Assembly: GCA_014729135.1 (NCBI GenBank)
Contig: WJKK01000001.1
Span: 455,599 to 519,598, forward strand
Direction of reading: 5' to 3'
Origin: a candidate division WWE3 bacterium
GTDB taxonomy: Bacteria; Patescibacteriota; WWE3; UBA101185; UBA10185
DNA: 64,000 bases
Shown: positions 37,301 through 46,789 of the stretch, one piece after another
How the letters are laid out: the number at the start of each line of letters is the position of its first letter
How positions within the stretch are numbered: position 1 is the first letter of the stretch
The notes under the pieces: generated by a model
What the model saw: the letters and a program-made list of their open reading frames with translations, nothing else
The model's database searches: none
What the model was told of the DNA's origin: nothing
Position numbers and translations under genes: made by a program

Positions 37301-38677
37301 ATGCCACGACGAAAAAACCCTGTTGTAGACATGAAAGACATAGTTAGCCTTTGCAAACGCCGAGGTTTTATTTTCCCCGGCTCCGAAATTTACGGTGGCT
37401 TAGCTAACACATATGACTTAGGACCTTTAGGTGTAGAAATGTTAAGAAACATAGTTGACTCTTGGTGGGAGTTTTTTGTCCATCAACGAGAGGAAATTTA
37501 TGGCTTGGACACCTCCATTCTAATGTCTCCTCGAGTTTGGGAAGCTTCCGGCCATACAGAAAGCTTTAACGATCTTTTAGTGGATTGTAAAAATTGTCAG
37601 TTACGCACACGCGCTGATCATATTATTGAGGATTATCTAACCAAAAACGGTAAAAGTGAAAAGGTAGAAGGGCGCTCTGCAAAGGAATTAGATACTCTTA
37701 TCAACAAGTACAAAATAGAGTGTCCCGAATGTGGAGAATTTGATTGGACACCTGCGCGCGCTTTCAACCTCTTATTTAAAACCCATATAGGCATAATTCC
37801 CGGTGAAAAATCCACCGCTTACCTCCGTGGAGAAATCGCCCAAGGAATGTTTGTAAACTTCAAAAACGTACTAGACACCATGCACCCAAAACTCCCTTTT
37901 GGTTTAGCTCAATTTGGTAAAGCATTCAGAAACGAAATAACCCTAGGAAACTACATTTTTAGAACCTTAGAATTTAACTTAGCCGAATTTGAATACTTTT
38001 TTGATCCTAATGAGCAGGATTGGATGGAATATTTCAAGTTTTGGAAAGAGCAAATGGTTAAATGGATTGTTGGTTTAGGTGTTAATGAAGATCATCTTCG
38101 TTGGCGGGTTCATACAGATGATGAGCGCTCCCACTACTCCGAAAGGACTGAGGATTTAGACTTTAGGTTCCCAATGGGATATAAGGAAATGTTTGGACTA
38201 GCTTATCGAACTGATTTTGATTTGCGTAATCACATGGAAAAGTCGGGGGTTGACATGACCTATACAAATCACAAGACGGGCGAAAAGATTATTCCACATG
38301 TTGTTGAGCCTACCTTTGGAATAAATCGTGTTTTGTTTGCGCTTCTAACGGATGCCTATAATGAGGATGGAAAGCGAACGGTTTTGGAGTTGGCTCCTGA
38401 GATAGCTCCTTATAAGTTTGCAGTTTTTCCTTTGGTGCGCAATAAGCCGGAGATAGTGGAGAAGGCTCGCGAGGTGTTTAAGCATCTAAATAAGGATTAT
38501 AACGTGGCATGGGATGATCGCGGAAACATTGGTAAGCGCTATTTAAGCCAGGATGAGATTGGTACGCCTTATTGTGTGACGATTGATTATGATACGTTGG
38601 AGGATGATACGGTTACGGTGCGTGATCGTGATACTACGGAGCAGGAGCGTGTGCCTTTTAGAGATATTGCTATTTAA
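37301..38677 (+). CDS. glyQS: glycine--tRNA ligase, dimeric class II (GlyQS type)
   Basis: 'IVSLCKRRGFIFPGSEIYGGLANTYDLGPLGVEM', 'FRNEITLGNYIFRTLEFNLAEFEYF' and the anticodon-binding C-terminus. An alternative start is at 37331. Confidence 0.9.
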   Translation: MPRRKNPVVDMKDIVSLCKRRGFIFPGSEIYGGLANTYDLGPLGVEMLRNIVDSWWEFFVHQREEIYGLDTSILMSPRVWEASGHTESFNDLLVDCKNCQLRTRADHIIEDYLTKNGKSEKVEGRSAKELDTLINKYKIECPECGEFDWTPARAFNLLFKTHIGIIPGEKSTAYLRGEIAQGMFVNFKNVLDTMHPKLPFGLAQFGKAFRNEITLGNYIFRTLEFNLAEFEYFFDPNEQDWMEYFKFWKEQMVKWIVGLGVNEDHLRWRVHTDDERSHYSERTEDLDFRFPMGYKEMFGLAYRTDFDLRNHMEKSGVDMTYTNHKTGEKIIPHVVEPTFGINRVLFALLTDAYNEDGKRTVLELAPEIAPYKFAVFPLVRNKPEIVEKAREVFKHLNKDYNVAWDDRGNIGKRYLSQDEIGTPYCVTIDYDTLEDDTVTVRDRDTTEQERVPFRDIAI

Positions 38678-38782
38678 TATTTTCTTTTGGATTACTTTTG
38701 CCACTGACCGATTTGTCTTTTTGGTTGTTTTGTAGTACTTTTCCCTCACGCAAGAGTTTTATAGGCTTCTAAAGGAGGTGAG

Positions 38783-39109
38783 ATGTACATGCCTAAGCAA
38801 CTGTCGTTTGTGCGCCCGTTCCGTGTCCGTTCTGGTGCAATAGGTGATCAGCTTTGGGAAATCCTGTATGAACTTGGTGTTCAGGATGGTGACGCAACCT
38901 TTACTGACCCCGAGGTTGAATTCGTGAGTAACCTACACGCCAACACGGCTCCCGGTGCTGAAATAGTCCTTATTACGGTGGCGGAACTATGGGAGGAGGC
39001 CTATCTTTTTCGCCGCAAAGTGGACTACCTCTATCGTGTTGATGTTGAGGGTCGCAAGCTAGCACTTCTTAAACGTCAGCTCCTTCGTATCCTTACTCAA
39101 CGCGATTAA
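38783..39109 (+). CDS. hypothetical 108-aa protein on a locally GC-richer segment
   Basis: Strong SD (AAAGGAGGTGAG-ATG). ~50% GC against ~40% surroundings. No recognisable domain. Confidence 0.45.
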   Translation: MYMPKQLSFVRPFRVRSGAIGDQLWEILYELGVQDGDATFTDPEVEFVSNLHANTAPGAEIVLITVAELWEEAYLFRRKVDYLYRVDVEGRKLALLKRQLLRILTQRD

Positions 39110-39352
39110 CGTTTTTATGGGGAGGCATCTCTGCAGCGGATGTCTCCCTATCCTCTGGTTAGATTGTAAATCAAGGTAAACTTCAGATTTCATACATATT
39201 CGACCCGTATATAATGGCAAAATCCTCATCTAATAAAAAAGTGCCCGTTTTTGAGTCAGATTTGATCCCAAATTTGGAGTAAATATTCATTTCGAGCGAA
39301 GCGAAACTGAACGAAAAACGAGTACTCCGAAGACTTTCGGGTTTTTTCTGTG

Positions 39353-39381
39353 TTGACATTGGATACTCTATGGTGGAATAT
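39353..39381 (+). promoter_or_regulatory. candidate sigma70-type promoter for mraZ: TTGACA (39353-39358), 17 nt, GAATAT
   Basis: Consensus -35 with correct spacing to an A/T hexamer, ~70 nt upstream of the mraZ ATG. Preceded by a weak hairpin+U6 (39327-39347). Confidence 0.35.
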
Positions 39382-39452
39382 AGATACAGATTGGTGATCA
39401 ATGGTGAAAAAGGACAGTCCTTTAAGAGGACTGTCCCTCCAGAAAAACGGGT

Positions 39453-39866
39453 ATGAAAATGTTTCTTGGGGAATACAACCCTAACATAACAAGTGGAAAT
39501 CGAATAGCGCTGCCCAAGAAACACCGCGAACAACTAGCGGGAGATACTGTAGTTTTAGCCAAAGGCTTTGAAAAATGCATATTGGTTTACGATCTAAATG
39601 ACTGGTCAGATCGTGTAGAACGCCAAGTAGACAACCTAGTTTCCGAGGGCGTTAAGCGCAGTAATTTGGAACGCTACCTCTACACATCAGCAGCGGAAGC
39701 CTCCGTTGATAGCCAGGGGCGTGTTGTAATTCCATCTGAACTTAGAGAATACTCTGGCATAAACGGAAAGACAGCAGTCATTGGAGTAGGCGATCACGTA
39801 GAAGTCTGGGATGACGAATCCTGGAAAAAGCACCTTAAAAAGATATCGGAAAAAATTCCGGAGTAG
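39453..39866 (+). CDS. mraZ: transcriptional regulator MraZ
   Basis: 'MFLGEYNPNITSGNRIALPKKHRE' (first SpoVT/AbrB-like half) and a second half 'SQGRVVIPSELREYSG'. Sits upstream of rsmH. Confidence 0.85.
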   Translation: MKMFLGEYNPNITSGNRIALPKKHREQLAGDTVVLAKGFEKCILVYDLNDWSDRVERQVDNLVSEGVKRSNLERYLYTSAAEASVDSQGRVVIPSELREYSGINGKTAVIGVGDHVEVWDDESWKKHLKKISEKIPE

Positions 39867-39878
39867 TTGGAGTAGCTT

Positions 39879-40799
39879 ATGCACTATCACGTTCCGGTTT
39901 TAAAAGACGAAGTTTTGACTTATTTGGCTCCTGCTGAAGGACAGAAGATTATTGACGCTACTTTGGGAGATGGAGGTCATACGCTTGCCCTTTTAAAAAA
40001 AGAGGCAGAGGTTTTGGGACTGGATTACAACCAAGAATCTTTGAAACGCGCGGAAAAAAGAATTAAAGAGCAGAGTTTAGAGAAAAATTTCACTCCAAAA
40101 TTAGGTAACTTTCGTAACATTGACAATTTAGCTACCAAAGAAGGTTTTGAGAAAGTTCATGGAATCCTTTTTGATCTCGGCTTTTCATCGACTCAGCTGG
40201 AACAAGATGAAACAGGCTTAAGCTTCCAAGAGAATCAACCTTTAGACATGCGCCTTGATAAAACATTGGGAGTTACCTCTAGCGATTTACTTCATGCGTT
40301 ATCTGAAGATGAGCTGGCTCGTTTATTTAAGGAATATTCCGATGAGCGCCATGCAAAGAGATTTGCAAGCGCAATAGTAAAGCATCGTGAATTGGAGAAG
40401 CTGCAGACCACTGAGCAACTTGCAAAATTGATTAGTGCTGCTGCCCCTCCAGGTTACGAAAAAGGGAGGATACATCCTGCTACCAGGGTTTTTCAAGCTC
40501 TGCGAATAGCAGTTAACGATGAAATTGAAAATTTGAAATTAGCACTGCCTCGGGCTGCACATTTATTACTGCCTGGCGGGCGAATGGTTGTTATAAGCTT
40601 TCATTCGCTTGAAGATAAAGCGGTCAAAGATTTTGGTCGCACTGTGCAGCCTGACCTAATTGAGCTTACTGATAGGCCTGTTACGCCATCCGATATTGAA
40701 TTGAAAAAAAATGTAAGGTCGCGAAGTGCTAAGATGCGTGTTTTTGAGAAGCAGGAGGCTGCTGAGAAAGAAGGCAGCGCTACCTCTGCCAATAATTAA
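39879..40799 (+). CDS. rsmH: 16S rRNA (cytosine1402-N4)-methyltransferase RsmH
   Basis: 'HVPVLKDEVLTYL...IDATLGDGGHT' and 'FDLGFSSTQLEQ'. Confidence 0.9.
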   Translation: MHYHVPVLKDEVLTYLAPAEGQKIIDATLGDGGHTLALLKKEAEVLGLDYNQESLKRAEKRIKEQSLEKNFTPKLGNFRNIDNLATKEGFEKVHGILFDLGFSSTQLEQDETGLSFQENQPLDMRLDKTLGVTSSDLLHALSEDELARLFKEYSDERHAKRFASAIVKHRELEKLQTTEQLAKLISAAAPPGYEKGRIHPATRVFQALRIAVNDEIENLKLALPRAAHLLLPGGRMVVISFHSLEDKAVKDFGRTVQPDLIELTDRPVTPSDIELKKNVRSRSAKMRVFEKQEAAEKEGSATSANN

Positions 40800-40811
40800 A
40801 AAATAAATAAA

Positions 40812-41150
40812 ATGAAAAAAATTAACCTAATAAACCGGAATATTCTCTCAGCAGATTTTCTAAAAAAGATTTGCAAAATTTCCGCAGCCATTTTTATTGG
40901 GTGTTTTATAGTTCAATTTTACTTAAGTAATCGCTATGCTGTGAAAAATGCATCCCTTCAGGGTTGTTTAAGTCAAAGTGCTTCCTTGGAAAAAGATCTG
41001 GCAAGACTTAAATATCGCGCCTCTCTGCTTTCTTCCCTTGAACATATAGAAAAGAAGGCAAAGGAACAGGGCTTTACTGAAATGGATCAAAATTTGTTGA
41101 CAATTGGGCCTACTACAGTGGCGTCAGCAGCTTCTTTAACAAATCGCTAG
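40812..41150 (+). CDS. FtsL-like cell-division protein (small bitopic)
   Basis: 112 aa with a single TM helix and a coiled-coil region, located between rsmH and ftsI. Confidence 0.5.
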   Translation: MKKINLINRNILSADFLKKICKISAAIFIGCFIVQFYLSNRYAVKNASLQGCLSQSASLEKDLARLKYRASLLSSLEHIEKKAKEQGFTEMDQNLLTIGPTTVASAASLTNR

Positions 41151-41216
41151 TTTCTGTGGGGAAAATTTCTATAGAGAAGCCATTAAAAGCGTCACCGGAA
41201 ACAGTAAATTTTTCCT

Positions 41217-42968
41217 TTGAAGACAGCTCTAAATAAATTTCCAAATCCAAACGTGCGAAAGTACAAAACTACAACATCTCAAAATCGAATAAAGTTCATT
41301 TCTGCTTGTTTTTTGGCAGCAGCTTCTCTTTTGGTGGCAAAGCTTTTTTACATTCAGGTGCTGTCGCATGAAAAATACGAGGCCTTGGCACAGGATCAGC
41401 ATTGGATAATAGAAGAAATTCCGGCCGGTCGTGGGACGATTTATACTAAAGATGGGGCGGTGTTGGCCTCAAATCAAGACTATTACCTTTTATATGGAGA
41501 GCCTTTGCGAGTTGATGATACGCCTTACTTGGCGGATAAATTGGCGCAGCTTCTTAGTGAAAGAGACTTTGGAACTTATGAGGAGCTTTATGCTAAGTAT
41601 GTTGATTTGTTGGATCGTGATCTCTGGTGGATTGCTTTGGAGCGCGATATTGATCCTTTAACTAAGGAGGCGCTTGAAAATCTGGAGTTGGCTGGCATTG
41701 GATTTGAGCTTGCTCCTAAGCGTTTTTATCCTGAGGAAACTTTAGCTTCGCACGTTTTGGGATTTGTGGCTTTTAACGAGGATGGCGAGCGGGTGGGCTA
41801 CTTTGGAGTTGAGGGTAATCTGGATGGTGATTTACGAGGTAAACCCGGAAAAGTAGTTCAGGAAAAAGATGCTGAAGGTAATCCCATTTTAGTAGGGGGT
41901 TATGAAAGAACTGATTCTATTAAAGGGCGTGATGTGGTTTTAACTTTGGAGCGTCCTGCTCAGTATTTAGTTGAGCGCGCCCTTGAGGATGCCGTAAAAA
42001 AATATGGAGCTGCTTCAGGAAGCGTTATTGTCATGGATCCTTTTACGGCCGAAATTATTGCCATGGCAAACTATCCGGAGTTTAACCCTGCTAAACTTGA
42101 GAGCGAATCTCAAGCTAAAAATTTGGCCATTGCAGACACTTACGAACCGGGTTCTGTTTTAAAAGCGTTCACTGTTTCTGCGGGTATTGACTCTGGTAAG
42201 ATCACGCCAGCAACTACTTTTGTGGATCGCGGTCCCGTAACTTATTCGGATTACACAATTGATAACTGGGATGGTAAACATCATGGTGTTCAGGATATAG
42301 CTCAACTCTTGCAAAAATCTAACAATATAGGAGCTGCTTGGATGGGTCATCAAGTTGGTTCTGACGACATTCACAAGTATTTTTCGCGTTTTGGTCTGGG
42401 GGAAAAGTCAGGAATTGGCCTAGAAGGTGAAGATACAGGAGTAATTCGCGATCCGGCTACTTGGACGGCAATTGATTTAGCTACTATTTCCTTTGGTCAA
42501 GGTATTTCTGCCACCCCTCTACAGGTTTTAAATGGTTTTAATGCTATTGCCAATGGAGGTGTTTTGTATCGCCCTCGAATTATTTCCGAAATTATTACAG
42601 AGGATGAGGCTTTAACAATGGAGACTAAAAAGATTCGCCGGGTTATTAGTTCAAAGACTTCGCAGACAATGGTTGATTTGTTGACTTCTGCGGTAGATCA
42701 AGGAGAGTCTAAGTTTTTTAACATTGATGGTTATAAAATAGCGGGTAAGACCGGTACGGCGCAGATTCCCGAGGAGGGTACTTATGATCCTTCGGAGACT
42801 AATGCTACGTTTGTGGGCTTTCTGGCGGGGTCTAAACAATTTTCTATGCTAGTTAGACTTGAGCGTCCTTCAACAAGTCCTTATGCAGCGGAGACGGCTG
42901 TCCCTTTATGGATGGATCTGGCGCACGAATTGGTGACTTATTACGGTATTCCCCCTGATAATTTGTAG
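41217..42968 (+). CDS. ftsI: peptidoglycan D,D-transpeptidase FtsI (class B PBP)
   Basis: N-terminal TM helix. Transpeptidase motifs 'GSVLK' (SxxK), 'KSNN' (SxN) and 'KTGTA'. Confidence 0.85.
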   Translation: MKTALNKFPNPNVRKYKTTTSQNRIKFISACFLAAASLLVAKLFYIQVLSHEKYEALAQDQHWIIEEIPAGRGTIYTKDGAVLASNQDYYLLYGEPLRVDDTPYLADKLAQLLSERDFGTYEELYAKYVDLLDRDLWWIALERDIDPLTKEALENLELAGIGFELAPKRFYPEETLASHVLGFVAFNEDGERVGYFGVEGNLDGDLRGKPGKVVQEKDAEGNPILVGGYERTDSIKGRDVVLTLERPAQYLVERALEDAVKKYGAASGSVIVMDPFTAEIIAMANYPEFNPAKLESESQAKNLAIADTYEPGSVLKAFTVSAGIDSGKITPATTFVDRGPVTYSDYTIDNWDGKHHGVQDIAQLLQKSNNIGAAWMGHQVGSDDIHKYFSRFGLGEKSGIGLEGEDTGVIRDPATWTAIDLATISFGQGISATPLQVLNGFNAIANGGVLYRPRIISEIITEDEALTMETKKIRRVISSKTSQTMVDLLTSAVDQGESKFFNIDGYKIAGKTGTAQIPEEGTYDPSETNATFVGFLAGSKQFSMLVRLERPSTSPYAAETAVPLWMDLAHELVTYYGIPPDNL

Positions 42969-43034
42969 CAAAAATTCTAGTTAAACTAGAATATTCCCCC
43001 TTGAAGTGTTTATTTGTGTTGCTATATTTAGTGT

Positions 43035-43403
43035 GTGGGTGTTTTAAGTTTAAAGTCAGGTGCTCAAGCGGAAAAAATTGCTGTTAAGTATCTGCAAAAA
43101 CTTGATTACGAAATTATAGATACAAACTGGAAGTGTAAGTGTGGCGAGATTGATATTGTTGCTTCTAAGGATTTTCAGCAGATTGTGTTTTTTGAGGTTA
43201 AGTATCGAAAGGATGCTCGTTTTGGTTATCCGGTGGAGTTTATTTCTGCCTCTAAGTTGGCTAAGTTGCGAAAGGCTATCGAGGTGTTTTTGCTTATGCA
43301 TGCTCCTGCTGACATTTCCTGGAGGCTTGATGGTTTGTGCCTTATGCCCAGGGAGGGTAAGTTGCGCCTTCGCTGGTATGAGTGTTTGTTCTCAGATATC
43401 TAA
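43035..43403 (+). CDS. YraN-family (UPF0102) endonuclease-fold protein
   Basis: 'GEIDIVA...FFEVKYRKD' core. GTG start. Confidence 0.7.
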   Translation: MGVLSLKSGAQAEKIAVKYLQKLDYEIIDTNWKCKCGEIDIVASKDFQQIVFFEVKYRKDARFGYPVEFISASKLAKLRKAIEVFLLMHAPADISWRLDGLCLMPREGKLRLRWYECLFSDI

Positions 43404-43416
43404 TATCAATATTTGT

Positions 43417-43555
43417 TGGAGAGATCTCGCTACTTCCTTACGTTTCGCCCGCACATATTTTTATAAATAAATGGACAGGCTGTGTTCATGGTAAATTTGC
43501 CCTTATATATTGGTTTTCGTGCGGGCTGCAAAAGTGCGTCAGTAGGAGATCTCTC
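43417..43555. repeat. 139-bp element bounded by 16-bp imperfect terminal inverted repeats (GGAGAGATCTCgCTACT ... AGTAGGAGATCTCTCC), with an inner 8-bp stem (GCCCGCAC/GTGCGGGC) and a ~64-nt AT-rich core
   Basis: Inverted repeats read directly from the sequence. Lies between the convergent yraN and LCP genes. Confidence 0.5.
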
Positions 43556-43563
43556 CACAAAGA

Positions 43564-44667
43564 TTAATTTGAAAGTATTACTAAATTTGGTTCTGTGGTT
43601 TTGCTAGTTGCCTGAGTTGTATCTTCCCCGGCGGGCCCAGCAGCTTCTTCCACAGGGAAAAGCATTTCCTGAATATCCTCATGCAAACTTGCAAAATCCG
43701 GCTCCCGTGGGATAAAAACCCACGCATGATACTCACTATTAGGATAAAGACCCGGATGATAAACATACTTCCCATCAACAACAAAGGAAACCACCTTGTA
43801 ATCCTCCCGATCCTTGTAAAAATCCCACAAATAGCGCACATCCTCCAATTTAAGCGTTGTGTACATCCGCTGAGCTGCCGTAACTGCCTTATAAAATTTC
43901 TCAATATCCATCGGCCAAAAATCACTTGCCGGTTGACTAACTCCCTCTACCATGCCTGCCAAAATTCTATGTTGTCTTTTAGCACGCATTAAATCACTAC
44001 CCTCACCATTAGTACCCTTACGGGAACGTGCAAAATCCAAAGCCCTCCAACCATCCATAACCTCACGACCCGCCTCAAAACTTACCGGCTTTAACCCCGT
44101 ATCCGTGTTATTTGGAAAGTGCGTATCTGTAAAACTTCGTTCAACCTCAACAGGAACACCTCCAAATGAGTCTACAATCCAACGGAAATCTTCAAAGTCG
44201 CAGCGAATATAACCATCCACCTCCAAACCGGTAACCTGCTCAAACGCATCAATTAAAGTTTCAGGACCCTTAACCGAATATAAAGCGTTAATCTTATTAC
44301 TATTTACCCAAAGATCCCGCGGTACTGAAGTTAAAAGCATAACATTATCCTCTGGATTTAAACTGGCAAGAATCATGACGTCGGTGTTATAAGTTGTAGC
44401 TGCTTTACTTCTGCGGTCTATGCCCAAAAGAAGCACATTAATAACATCTTTATTTGCAAGTTCGGACTTAGGTTTTTCTGCCTCTTTTGAGGCTAAATCT
44501 CCAAAACCAATGCCTCCGGAATTTTCATCTTCAGTACCTTCCTCCAAAGAACTTTTTGCCAAATTCTCCTCCTCCTGCCGAATAAAACGAGGCCTTAAAC
44601 CTAAAAAGATTCCTGTAGCAATTGCCCCTGTAACAACCGCTAATTGTATAAACAGTTTTTTGTTCAC
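43564..44667 (-). CDS. LytR-CpsA-Psr (LCP) family cell-wall glycopolymer ligase
   Basis: N-terminal TM helix, then 'INVLLLGIDRRSKAATTYNTDVMILASLNPEDNVMLLTSVPRDLWV'. Confidence 0.85.
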   Translation of the reverse strand: MNKKLFIQLAVVTGAIATGIFLGLRPRFIRQEEENLAKSSLEEGTEDENSGGIGFGDLASKEAEKPKSELANKDVINVLLLGIDRRSKAATTYNTDVMILASLNPEDNVMLLTSVPRDLWVNSNKINALYSVKGPETLIDAFEQVTGLEVDGYIRCDFEDFRWIVDSFGGVPVEVERSFTDTHFPNNTDTGLKPVSFEAGREVMDGWRALDFARSRKGTNGEGSDLMRAKRQHRILAGMVEGVSQPASDFWPMDIEKFYKAVTAAQRMYTTLKLEDVRYLWDFYKDREDYKVVSFVVDGKYVYHPGLYPNSEYHAWVFIPREPDFASLHEDIQEMLFPVEEAAGPAGEDTTQATSKTTEPNLVILSN

Positions 44668-44722
44668 CCTATCAGGATATTAGTGTTTACTTTTAGAGTC
44701 AAATTACTTATGATTAGTTCAT

Positions 44723-45121
44723 ATGAAAAAAATTCTCATCATAGAAGACGACCAATCCCTTTATAACGTTTACTCCGCTGAATTAAAGCTTCGAGGTTAC
44801 GAAGTAGAACATGAAGCCGACGGAATGAAAGCCATGGCTAAAATCGAGGATTACAAACCCGATTTAATCTTGCTTGACATAATCCTTCCGGGAAGAAACG
44901 GGCTGGAAATTCTGGAGGAAATGTTTAGTCGCGATGAATTTGAGGACATGAAAGTAATTATGGTTACAAATTACGGTAACGACTCTAATGTTAAAAAGGC
45001 TTTGGAGTTGGGCGCAATTGACTACGTATTAAAGTACAACATTGTGCCGTCTGAATTATCTGCCCGAGTAGCTGAGGCTTTGGGGGAGAGTGAAGATACT
45101 CCGGTTAAAATAACAAGCTAA
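44723..45121 (+). CDS. single-domain response regulator (CheY-like receiver)
   Basis: 'KILIIEDD', phospho-acceptor 'LILLDIILPG' and 'KVIMVTNYG'. Confidence 0.8.
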   Translation: MKKILIIEDDQSLYNVYSAELKLRGYEVEHEADGMKAMAKIEDYKPDLILLDIILPGRNGLEILEEMFSRDEFEDMKVIMVTNYGNDSNVKKALELGAIDYVLKYNIVPSELSARVAEALGESEDTPVKITS

Positions 45122-45136
45122 ACTACTAAAACACCA

Positions 45137-46783
45137 ATGGATTTGTGGGTTAAGATCTTAATAGGAATATCAATTCCCTTTTTTGCTCTTGTAGCTGTTG
45201 TAGTTTATCGCCTTCTAACTCTTCAGAAAAGCTTAGGTAAAACAAAATACCTGACGCTTGATCCTTCTGTCATTCATGCTTTGGTTACACGTGTAAGTAA
45301 AGAGTATGCAGAGGATTTGGATCTTAAGGCTGCTTTAGACTTGCTGATAGAAGTTTTAATTGACAATGTGTCTTTTACTGCAGCTTCGTTTTTAATTCCT
45401 GTTACGGAAAATAGTTCTGATTTTAATTTCAAATCTCACTTGGTTTATGAGGTTCCCGAGGCTTACGTTAAAGGCAATATTGACGTTTTGAAAAAGTATG
45501 TGGAAGAGCATATGGAGGTTTCCGTTGAGAATATTAATCGGGAGGTTGAAGGTGGGCCTATTAATTCTTCCAGTAATGTGCAAGCTTTATCTCGGGTTAT
45601 TTTGCCTATAGAGGTAGGCCTTCTGAGAGGGGCTTTATGCATAACTTCGCGAAAGCGTGATCATTTTTCTGAACAATTAACGGAGGATCTTAAAGAGCTT
45701 ATTCATTCGGTTTCAGAGTGTTTGGAGTTGTTATGGGGAGTGGCCCGTAGAGAGCGTCGCAAGTTTAAGGCCATGGTTGATAGCATGCGTGATGGTGTTT
45801 TTATGGTAGACGAGGAGTATCGCTTTTTAATTGCTAATCCTGCACTGAAGGACATGTTAGGGCTTTATTCATCTGAGTCCGTAAATGTTGTACGCGTTTC
45901 TAGCTTTTTTTCACGCCATCTTTCCTTTGAGGATTTGGTTTCGGAAGTTTTTGTTATGGGTAAGACCAAAAAGATTGAGCATCTGGAGCTCGAAGACAAG
46001 ATTTATACGCTTACGGTTATTCCGGTGAAGGTGAAAAATGTTGTGTCTGCAGTGGTTTGCCTTTTGGAGGATCAAACAAAAGATGCTGAACTTGAAGAAA
46101 TGCGTCGGGACTTTTCAGCCATGATTATCCATGAACTTCGTTCTCCTTTGTCGGTTATTCGAGGGACTTCTGACTTTTTGTTGAAGGAATCGGCTAATAT
46201 GGATGATTCACAAGAAATGACTTTTATGGAGCAGATTAAAGAGTCTTCTACTAAGCTTTTGGCTTTGGTTAACAATTTGCTGGATTCTGCAAAGATAGAA
46301 AGTGGAAAGATAGAATTGTCCAAAAAGATGACAGACTTGGCCAAGCTGATTAAGAGTGAGGTTGAATACTATGCTTATTCTGCCCGCCAAAAGAAGATAA
46401 ACTTAAAGTCAGATGTTGAGGTTGGTCTAGCCGAGGTGAACGTGGATTCGGAGAAGATTCAACAGGTGCTTAATAACCTTATTTCTAATGCGCTTAAATA
46501 CACTCCGGATGGTGGGGAGATAGTGGTTGGGGCTTTGCATACGGGGGACACTGTTCGTCTCTATGTATCTGATACGGGAAGGGGTATAGCAGATGAAAAT
46601 AAGGATCAGATATTTGATAAATATAAGCGTGTTGAAGGCGGCTCTTTAACTTCGGATGGTGAAAAGAGTACGGGGCTTGGTTTGGCTATTTCCAAGGGAA
46701 TTGTGGAGGCTCATGAAGGAAAGATTTGGGTTGAGGATAATGAGCCTAAAGGATCTCGCTTTATTGTTGAGTTGCCCGCTTAA
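45137..46783 (+). CDS. sensor histidine kinase (TM, PAS-like, HisKA, HATPase_c)
   Basis: H-box 'HELRSPLSVIRG', N-box 'NLISNALKYTPDGG', G1 'DTGRGI' and G2 'GLGLAI'. Confidence 0.8.
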   Translation: MDLWVKILIGISIPFFALVAVVVYRLLTLQKSLGKTKYLTLDPSVIHALVTRVSKEYAEDLDLKAALDLLIEVLIDNVSFTAASFLIPVTENSSDFNFKSHLVYEVPEAYVKGNIDVLKKYVEEHMEVSVENINREVEGGPINSSSNVQALSRVILPIEVGLLRGALCITSRKRDHFSEQLTEDLKELIHSVSECLELLWGVARRERRKFKAMVDSMRDGVFMVDEEYRFLIANPALKDMLGLYSSESVNVVRVSSFFSRHLSFEDLVSEVFVMGKTKKIEHLELEDKIYTLTVIPVKVKNVVSAVVCLLEDQTKDAELEEMRRDFSAMIIHELRSPLSVIRGTSDFLLKESANMDDSQEMTFMEQIKESSTKLLALVNNLLDSAKIESGKIELSKKMTDLAKLIKSEVEYYAYSARQKKINLKSDVEVGLAEVNVDSEKIQQVLNNLISNALKYTPDGGEIVVGALHTGDTVRLYVSDTGRGIADENKDQIFDKYKRVEGGSLTSDGEKSTGLGLAISKGIVEAHEGKIWVEDNEPKGSRFIVELPA

Positions 46784-46789
46784 TCTTTT

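Noticed and set aside
39183-39533. 116-aa minus-strand ORF spanning the mraZ leader and start
   Set aside because: It overlaps the mraZ promoter, hairpins and the first 27 codons of mraZ. It has no SD and is most likely a spurious frame.
43581-44683. Several 60-115 aa ORFs on both strands overlapping the LCP gene (43581-43925 -, 43681-43992 +, 43952-44212 +, 44420-44683 +)
   Set aside because: Shadow ORFs of a well-supported LCP-family CDS.
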